64,000 nucleotides of DNA, taken from assembly GCA_942491345.1 (NCBI GenBank), contig CALOAN010000044.1, positions 32,072-96,071 on the forward strand, in the 5' to 3' direction. The translations under genes were made by a program, and so were the position numbers. This DNA comes from an uncultured actinomycete. GTDB taxonomy: Bacteria > Actinomycetota > Acidimicrobiia > Spongiisociales > UBA5794. Positions 57,999 to 64,000 of this stretch are shown here, in pieces; the stretch's first letter is position 1; each line of letters starts with the position of its first letter. Under the pieces are notes generated by a model, which searched no databases, was not told where the DNA came from, and worked only from the letters and a program-made list of their open reading frames with translations.

Positions 57999-58733
57999 GT
58001 GCCCAACGAGACCAACGTCCGCGAAGCTGTCCGGGACCGCTACGCCAACGCTGCACGCAGCGCGGGACAGTCCTGCTGCTCGTCAGACACCAGCAGTGAG
58101 GAGGGCGACTTCGGGCGCGACCTCTACCCCGCCGCCGACCTGGTCGATGTACCGTCGGGAGCATCTTCCGCCAGTCTTGGCTGCGGGAATCCCACCGCCG
58201 TGGCCGAACTCTCCGAGGGTGAGACGGTCCTGGATCTCGGCTCCGGAGCAGGGATCGATGTGCTCCTCTCCGCCAAGAGGGTCGGTCCGACCGGCTTCGT
58301 CTACGGCATCGACATGACCGACGAGATGCTCGAACTCGCGCGGCGGCACGCAGCGGAAGCCGAAATGCCCAATGTCGAATTCCGCAAGGGCTACATCGAG
58401 GACATCCCGCTCGACCATGCCTCGGTCGACGTCGTCATCTCGAACTGTGTGATCAACCTCTCCGCAGACAAGCCGCAGGTATTTGCAGAGATGGCCCGCG
58501 TTCTCAGGGCCGGCGGCCGCCTTGGTATCAGCGATGTTGTGGCAGATGACGAACTCAGCCCCGAGGAACGACGCGAGCGCGGAAGTTGGGTTGGTTGCAT
58601 CGCCGGAGCGCTGTCCTTCTCCGAATATGCAGAGGGATTGAGCAACGCCGGATTCGAATCCGTCGAGATCACGCCGACCAATAGCGTCGCGGACGGCATG
58701 CACTCGGCGATTATCAGAGCCGTCAAGCCATAG
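57999..58733 (+). CDS. arsM: Arsenite S-adenosylmethionine methyltransferase
   Basis: GTG start is preceded by GAGGAG. It has an N-terminal Cys pair (QSCCSS), LGCGNP, SAM motif I ([12 protein letters not shown]), and VISNCVINL. Confidence 0.85.
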   Translation: MPNETNVREAVRDRYANAARSAGQSCCSSDTSSEEGDFGRDLYPAADLVDVPSGASSASLGCGNPTAVAELSEGETVLDLGSGAGIDVLLSAKRVGPTGFVYGIDMTDEMLELARRHAAEAEMPNVEFRKGYIEDIPLDHASVDVVISNCVINLSADKPQVFAEMARVLRAGGRLGISDVVADDELSPEERRERGSWVGCIAGALSFSEYAEGLSNAGFESVEITPTNSVADGMHSAIIRAVKP

Positions 58734-58762
58734 GTGAGGTCGGGCCTACCGATGACGCCCGG

Positions 58763-60391
58763 TCATACCGGTCGTGTCGGAGCTTCGCCGTAGTACTCAT
58801 CGAGGCGTCGTTCGGCCTTGTCTCCAAAGAGGATCTCGGCCGCCTCATGAAGTCCTGCTGCGTTCTTCACTTCGTCCTCGGGGATCACCTGCGTGATCTT
58901 CGAGCGGCGCCGGAGGAAATCCTCGAGCTTCGTCACCATCTCCGTCTCCGCCGCGAGGTAGAGCTCAACCCGCAGGTAGTCCGCGCCCTCGATGATGTCC
59001 TCACCCATAGAGGGGTCTCGTCTGATCTCATCAAGCATCTCGAATGCGCGGCGCCCGTACCGTCGCCACAACCGGTCTGAAAGCGGCTCGACATCCGGCT
59101 TTTGGCGCAGATCGTCGAGGCCCATCAACCGGGCCTGCCGGTAGAACTCTGCACGCGTCGCCTTCGCCGGCTCGCCGTACCAACCATGAGTGTCCTTTTC
59201 GAGCGGGACACCGAGATGCTCGACGGCGTCGGCGACCTCTTCTCCGACGTTGAGACAGTCGGTCAGCTTCCCGCCGAAGATGGTGATGACGTTGCGCTTG
59301 TCGTCGGTCTCGATCTCGTGTTTGCGAGAGAGCTTCGTCCAATCGACGTCCTTGCGATCGCCCCCACCGGAGGCGACGACCAACGGCCGCACGCCGCTGC
59401 GGTCGGCAATGATGTCGTCCACGGTCAGTGGACTCTCTAGATCGAGACGACTGTTGATCTGATCGAGGAGGAAGTCACGATCCTCCTCGGTGACCTCCGT
59501 GAACGGGCTATCGACTCGGGTGTCGGTGGTCCCGATCACCGACCGCCGCCCCATCGGAATCACGTAGAAGAGCCGTTGTGTGTCGTCGTAGAACGCCAGG
59601 ACTCGATGGTTCGGGGTTATCTGAGGAACGATGAGGTGGATGCCCTTCGAGTAGACGATCCGGTGCGAGGTCCGAACGTCGAGGTCGAAGTTCACCGCGT
59701 CGACGAACGGTCCCGCGGCGTTGATCAGTATGCGTGCCGAGCACGTGAAAGGCTCGCCACCGCCGTCAACGTCCTTCAGCGTGACGATCCACCGGCCTTC
59801 GGCGTGCTCGGCAGAAGTAGATTCGACATAGTTGACCGCCGTCGCCCCGACATCGATCGCCGAGCGCACAAACCCGAAGACGAAACGCGAGTCGTTGTCC
59901 GGCAGGTAGGCGTCGTAGTACTGGATGCCTCCGATCGAGTTGTCGGTTCGCACGATCGGCTCGAGTTCCTCGATGTCCTGTGCCGTCAGATGGCGCGGGC
60001 GGTGGGTGCGGAAGCCTCCGATGCCCCAATAGCCGGCCGCCCCGAGCGCTGCCAGCCAGGTGGGATGCGGCGACGTGTCGTCGAGTGTTGCAAGGAAGGC
60101 GATCTGCTTGATGTTGTCCGGGTAGGCCTTGAGGAGGCGGTTGCGGGACACGCTCAGTTTGCGAACGAGGGGGATCTCGTATCCCTCGAGGTACTTGAAG
60201 CCGCCCCACACGAGGTTCGACGACGCCTGGCTGGTGAAGCTGCCGAAGTCGCCACGGTCGACCAGCGCGACGTTGGCCCCGCGACCTGCCAGCACCGCAG
60301 CGGAAACGGCCCCGTTGATCCCTCCCCCGATGATCAACACGTCGAACGATCCGCCCTTGAGTTTCGCAAGTGCCGTGCTTCTGAGGCTCAT
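58763..60391 (-). CDS. glpD: FAD-dependent glycerol-3-phosphate dehydrogenase
   Basis: DVLIIGGGINGAVSAAVLAGRG dinucleotide fold, SSNLVWGGFKYL, and a C-terminal GlpD helical domain. Confidence 0.9.
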   Translation of the reverse strand: MSLRSTALAKLKGGSFDVLIIGGGINGAVSAAVLAGRGANVALVDRGDFGSFTSQASSNLVWGGFKYLEGYEIPLVRKLSVSRNRLLKAYPDNIKQIAFLATLDDTSPHPTWLAALGAAGYWGIGGFRTHRPRHLTAQDIEELEPIVRTDNSIGGIQYYDAYLPDNDSRFVFGFVRSAIDVGATAVNYVESTSAEHAEGRWIVTLKDVDGGGEPFTCSARILINAAGPFVDAVNFDLDVRTSHRIVYSKGIHLIVPQITPNHRVLAFYDDTQRLFYVIPMGRRSVIGTTDTRVDSPFTEVTEEDRDFLLDQINSRLDLESPLTVDDIIADRSGVRPLVVASGGGDRKDVDWTKLSRKHEIETDDKRNVITIFGGKLTDCLNVGEEVADAVEHLGVPLEKDTHGWYGEPAKATRAEFYRQARLMGLDDLRQKPDVEPLSDRLWRRYGRRAFEMLDEIRRDPSMGEDIIEGADYLRVELYLAAETEMVTKLEDFLRRRSKITQVIPEDEVKNAAGLHEAAEILFGDKAERRLDEYYGEAPTRPV

Positions 60392-60438
60392 GGCATCATG
60401 CTACCGACACCGGACCCAAGCGAATCTGATGCGTCCGG

Positions 60439-61287
60439 CTACTTCTGCTGCCCGATCGCGAAACCGCTCATGAATGGCTTCTGCATCAGCAAGAAGACGA
60501 TTGCAGGCGGAATAGAGGCGATGATCGCTGCGAGCATCAACGGCCCGTACGTCAAGGCTCCATCGATATTCGTCAGCGTCTGCAGCGCGACCTGGGAGAC
60601 CTGCTTGGCCTCATCCCGGATGATGAGGCTCGGCCACAGGAACATGTTCCATGTGTAGACGAACTGGATCACGAACAGCGCAGCGATGACATTCCATGAG
60701 AGCGGAATCAGCACCTTCGTGAGGAACTGAACCGGGGAAGCACCATCGATCTGAGAAGCCTCGAGAAGCTCCGACGGCAGGTTCGCGAAATGCTGCCGGA
60801 AGAGGAAGGCGCCGGTTGCCGAGGCCAGGAACGGAACCACGATCGCCGCCATCGTGTCCTGCCATCCGAACCCGGAAACCAATCGGAACATGGCGAGGAT
60901 CATGACCTCCGTCGGCATCATGAGCGTGACCAGCACGAGGAAGAACACGATCCACTTGCCGCGGAATTTGAAGTAGACGAAAGCGAGGCCGGCGAGGAGC
61001 GACAAGACCGTCTTGCCCGTGGTGACCAGGATCGTCTGGACCGTCGAGTTCCACATCGCCCCAGCGAAATCCCGGCCGTACCACACGGCATCGAAGTTCG
61101 ACGCCAGGGCGCTCCCCGGCGTGAACTGGAACGAGAAGATCTCGGTATTGGTCTGCGTCGCGATCAACGCGGCATACAGGAGCGGGAACGCAATCACGAT
61201 CGCCGTTGCGGTCAGCGCCACGTGGTACGGCCATGTCCGTCCTCTGAAGAAGGTGCGACGCTTCACTCCTGGTGTTAGGCCCGCCAT
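60439..61287 (-). CDS. ABC sugar/glycerol-phosphate importer permease (UgpE/MalG-like)
   Basis: Only the last 282 aa of the 633-aa track ORF look coding. EAA loop is LLEASQIDGASPVQFLTKVLIPL. ATG 61287 overlaps the upstream stop (TGATG). Confidence 0.85.
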   Translation of the reverse strand: MAGLTPGVKRRTFFRGRTWPYHVALTATAIVIAFPLLYAALIATQTNTEIFSFQFTPGSALASNFDAVWYGRDFAGAMWNSTVQTILVTTGKTVLSLLAGLAFVYFKFRGKWIVFFLVLVTLMMPTEVMILAMFRLVSGFGWQDTMAAIVVPFLASATGAFLFRQHFANLPSELLEASQIDGASPVQFLTKVLIPLSWNVIAALFVIQFVYTWNMFLWPSLIIRDEAKQVSQVALQTLTNIDGALTYGPLMLAAIIASIPPAIVFLLMQKPFMSGFAIGQQK

Positions 61288-62666
61288 CACGACCCCCCGT
61301 AGCTGACGCGCCTGCCGCTGGTCTGGAATTGCCACACCGTGACGGCAATGACCGCAGCAAACAAGAGGACCGATTGGGCAGCCCCTCGGCCGAGGTCTCC
61401 GTTGTTCACGCCGATCCGAATGATCTCGTAGATCGCAACCGATGTCTTGCCGGCCGGCGCGCCTTTTGTCATGAAGTCGATGGTCGCGTAGACCTCGAAG
61501 AACGCGTAGGTGAGGTTCGTGACGAGCAGGAAGAACGTAATCGGCGAGAGTGCGGGTAGGACGATCTTCACGAATCGCTGCCAGGTCGAAGCGCCGTCGA
61601 TGAGCGCGGCCTCGACTTGGTCGAGCGACACCGTCTGGAGGCCGGCCAGGTAGAACAGGATGTTGTAGCCGAGGATCTTCCATCCGCTCGCGAGGATGAT
61701 CGAGGACTGGGCAAGGAATGCGCTTTCCCGGTAGTTCGGGACATCGATGCCGAACCACGTGTCCATGACATAGGTGAAGATGCCTGCGGTCGGATCGAAG
61801 ATCATGAAGAAGAGGACACCGGCCACGGCGGGCGAGATCGCATACGGCCAGATCAGGAGCGTTCGGTAGACGCTCCCGCCTCCAATGGTGCGGAATGCGA
61901 GGTAGGAGACGGCTAGTCCGCCGATCATGCCGAAGGCGACAATGCCGATCGTGATGATGACGGTGTTCAGGTAGACCGGTCGGTACGCGACTTGGCCGCC
62001 GCCGCCGGGCGAGAACATGGCGTACAGCGCCACGAAGACCGAGAGCATCGCAGCTACCGAAGCAACATCCGCGCCCTTGCGGCTCCAGGTGCCAGGAGCC
62101 GAACGGCGGAGCCAGAACCGTGCCCCGTAGATGGCGGCGATGGCAAGGAGCGGGTACGCGACCAACTTCCATGGATCGGTGATGAGCAACTCCGTGAAAT
62201 TGGAGAAGCAGACATCGACCGACCTGGGTGCGCCGAGTTTCGTCAGCTTGGTTGAGAGGGTGAACGTCTGGATCGCCGGTACGTAGAGGAAGACGATCAG
62301 GATGATGAGCGTGGGTGAGAGCAGCAGCCACGGCACCCACCAGCCGAGGCGGAACCCACCGGTGCGGATCTCGCCGGTCATCCCGGCGCTATCCGACTTC
62401 TTGCCGTCGGCTCGATCAAAGAGCAGCTGGAGGGCGATCAGGGCCAGCCAAGCGCCACCGGCCATGAGGCCGTACGCGAGGAGGTGATCCACGCCGCTCG
62501 TGCCTTCGAGGAAGGCACAGCGGCCCATCGCAAAAGGCGTCACGGCCGCCCCGAGCACTGCAACGGCCGAACCAATACCGTACCGCCGCGCCGAAGCGTC
62601 GTCGTTGTTCCGCCAAACGTAGACCGGACCGAGAATCGCAGCGACAACCAGCCCGAGGATCAGCAT
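61287..62666 (-). CDS. ABC sugar/glycerol-phosphate importer permease (UgpA/MalF-like) with a ~115-aa N-terminal 4-TM extension
   Basis: EAA loop is VEAALIDGASTWQRFVKIVLP. The canonical core begins near WLLLSPTLIILIVFLYVP. Extra hydrophobic helices precede it. Confidence 0.85.
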   Translation of the reverse strand: MLILGLVVAAILGPVYVWRNNDDASARRYGIGSAVAVLGAAVTPFAMGRCAFLEGTSGVDHLLAYGLMAGGAWLALIALQLLFDRADGKKSDSAGMTGEIRTGGFRLGWWVPWLLLSPTLIILIVFLYVPAIQTFTLSTKLTKLGAPRSVDVCFSNFTELLITDPWKLVAYPLLAIAAIYGARFWLRRSAPGTWSRKGADVASVAAMLSVFVALYAMFSPGGGGQVAYRPVYLNTVIITIGIVAFGMIGGLAVSYLAFRTIGGGSVYRTLLIWPYAISPAVAGVLFFMIFDPTAGIFTYVMDTWFGIDVPNYRESAFLAQSSIILASGWKILGYNILFYLAGLQTVSLDQVEAALIDGASTWQRFVKIVLPALSPITFFLLVTNLTYAFFEVYATIDFMTKGAPAGKTSVAIYEIIRIGVNNGDLGRGAAQSVLLFAAVIAVTVWQFQTSGRRVSYGGS

Positions 62667-62755
62667 GGACTACCAGCTCTCAATGTCACTCCAGCCGACA
62701 GCTTCAGTATTGGGGGCGGAGCATACGCCCCGCCCCCAATCCTTGCTCGTGTGGA

Positions 62756-64000
62756 TCAGCTGCCGAACAGCAGCTCGTACTCCTCCAACGATTTGTTGGC
62801 TTCTTCGTTCGCTGCGGCCATGCGCGTCGCGACGTCGACGTCGTTCACGAGGATGTCCTCGATCGCGATCGTGATGATGTCACGGATGCCGACGAAGTTG
62901 CCGAGCAGAGCACCGAGCGATGCCGGGGTGTTCTGCGCTGCCGCGAGCTGGTCCGATGCCACCTTGCTGTTGGGGCTCTCGTCGTACCAGCCCTGGCTCT
63001 CGAGCAGGTCCACGGCGTCCTGGGTAATCGGGATGTACCCGGTCAACTGGTGCCATGCCGCGGCATTCTCAGGATTCGAGAAGAAGTTCAGGAACGCAAG
63101 CGCCCCATCTTCTGTCGTCTGATCCATGCCGTCGAGCATCCAGATCGTTGCTCCGCCGATGAGGTTGCCGACGTACTCAACATCCCCGTTGTACGGCATG
63201 AAGCTGGCCTGGTTCGTGAACTCGGCATTCGTGTCGAAGAACGTCGTGTCCGAGCTCGAGTACACGAGCATCGCCACTTCTCCCGCCAGGTAGGCATTCG
63301 ACGTGCCGTCCCAGTCGCGCTGGAGGCCGGTGTACGTGTAGTAGCCCGCGTCCGACAGACCCTTCCACCAGTTGATGTACGCCAGGTTGCCGTCGGACTC
63401 GAGGAACACCTCGGTCGCACGGCCACTGCGGCCGTTGTCGTTGTTGCCGAGGAGCTCACCCTGCTGTCCGAGGCTCTGCTCGACGAACCACGAGTGGTTC
63501 GGCCAGGTGATACATCCGCTTGGCGCATCGGGGAGGGCCATGATGGCCGCGCACGCTGTCTCGACATCTGCCCAGGTAGCGGGCGGTTCGGTGATACCGG
63601 CCTCGTTGAGGATGTCCATGTTGCTGAACATCACCGTCGATGACGTGTTCCACGGCATCGAGTAGAACGAACCGTCCACCGTGTAGTAGTTGCGTGCCGC
63701 ATCAACGACCGAGTCGAGCACAACCGGCTCACCGAGGATCTCGGTCCGCCCGGCGATTGCATCCGTCACAGACTTGAAGATCGGAGCGCCATCCGCACCC
63801 ACCGCATCGAGTGCCTGCCGGGTGGCAGCCTCGAAGAAGTGGATGAGACCAGGTGGTTCACCGCTGTCCACCGCAAGCACGGCAGCGTCGAACACATCGT
63901 TGTACGAGGCGAACGACGTCACCTGCACGTTGTACTCCGGATGCTTCGCATTGAACTCTGCGGCCTTCTCTTCGGAGAAGCCGAGCCTGGCCTCATCCGA
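62756..64000 (-). CDS. ABC transporter extracellular solute-binding protein (family 1, UgpB-like); 5' end outside the window
   Basis: The reading frame stays open to the window edge (SDEARLGFSEEKAAEFNAKHPEYNVQVTSF...). The length and composition are typical of an SBP. It lies upstream of the two permeases. Confidence 0.85.
   Translation of the reverse strand, partial: SDEARLGFSEEKAAEFNAKHPEYNVQVTSFASYNDVFDAAVLAVDSGEPPGLIHFFEAATRQALDAVGADGAPIFKSVTDAIAGRTEILGEPVVLDSVVDAARNYYTVDGSFYSMPWNTSSTVMFSNMDILNEAGITEPPATWADVETACAAIMALPDAPSGCITWPNHSWFVEQSLGQQGELLGNNDNGRSGRATEVFLESDGNLAYINWWKGLSDAGYYTYTGLQRDWDGTSNAYLAGEVAMLVYSSSDTTFFDTNAEFTNQASFMPYNGDVEYVGNLIGGATIWMLDGMDQTTEDGALAFLNFFSNPENAAAWHQLTGYIPITQDAVDLLESQGWYDESPNSKVASDQLAAAQNTPASLGALLGNFVGIRDIITIAIEDILVNDVDVATRMAAANEEANKSLEEYELLFGS

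Noticed and set aside
61288-62340. N-terminal 351 aa of the 633-aa track ORF 60439-62340
   Set aside because: This part is out of frame with, and overlaps, the well-supported UgpA-like permease (61287-62666). Its translation is Arg/His/Pro-rich. Only the last 282 aa (from ATG 61287) look like a MalG/UgpE-type permease.

Overview
This is a high-GC chromosomal segment, roughly two-thirds G+C by eye, with strong GC3 bias in the real frames. The gene organisation looks like Actinomycetota: many ATGA/TGATG stop-start overlaps, GTG/TTG starts, and Thr/Pro-rich lipoprotein linkers. That taxonomic call is an inference. I support about 60 protein-coding genes. I found no rRNA, tRNA, CRISPR array, integrase or transposase.

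Recognisable content, in order:
- A GT4 / unknown / GH130 / GT4 glycan cluster (1-4.4 kb).
- ABM and HAD enzymes, and two class III nucleotide cyclases (6-7.4 kb and 22-23.4 kb).
- TetR, SDR and patatin genes.
- Glutamate synthase gltBD (25.7-31.8 kb).
- An arylsulfatase, a PLP decarboxylase and an EamA transporter.
- A ferric-reductase-like/ApbE operon led by exported low-complexity proteins (40.2-43.0 kb).
- A soluble multi-receiver hybrid kinase.
- A MacB-type ABC module with a GbsR/MarR regulator, and an aldo-keto reductase.
- Three tandem paralogous lipoprotein genes (51.2-53.9 kb).
- An ABC-F ATPase, a NUDIX hydrolase, divergent arsR-arsM, glpD, and a sugar/glycerol-phosphate type ABC importer (60.4-64.0 kb).

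The best candidate for an undescribed system is the same-strand four-gene cluster at 15.39-20.59 kb. It encodes two paralogous small proteins with a DUF2589-like signature, a helical 193-aa protein, and a 1038-aa protein with about 15 TM helices. In that large protein the alpha/beta-hydrolase motifs (HG near the N-terminus, AHSQG near the C-terminus) are separated by about 800 residues of membrane helices. The cluster sits divergently next to a three-gene operon of uncharacterised membrane proteins (11.8-15.0 kb).

Other notable signals:
- A modular GC-rich hairpin repeat family sits in at least six intergenic loci, usually starting right after stop codons.
- A secreted protein ends in a His/Asp-only tail of about 43 residues, encoded by a coding microsatellite.
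- Several unannotated small ORFs have strong ribosome-binding sites.

All family names come from motif recognition by eye and memory. No database search was possible.
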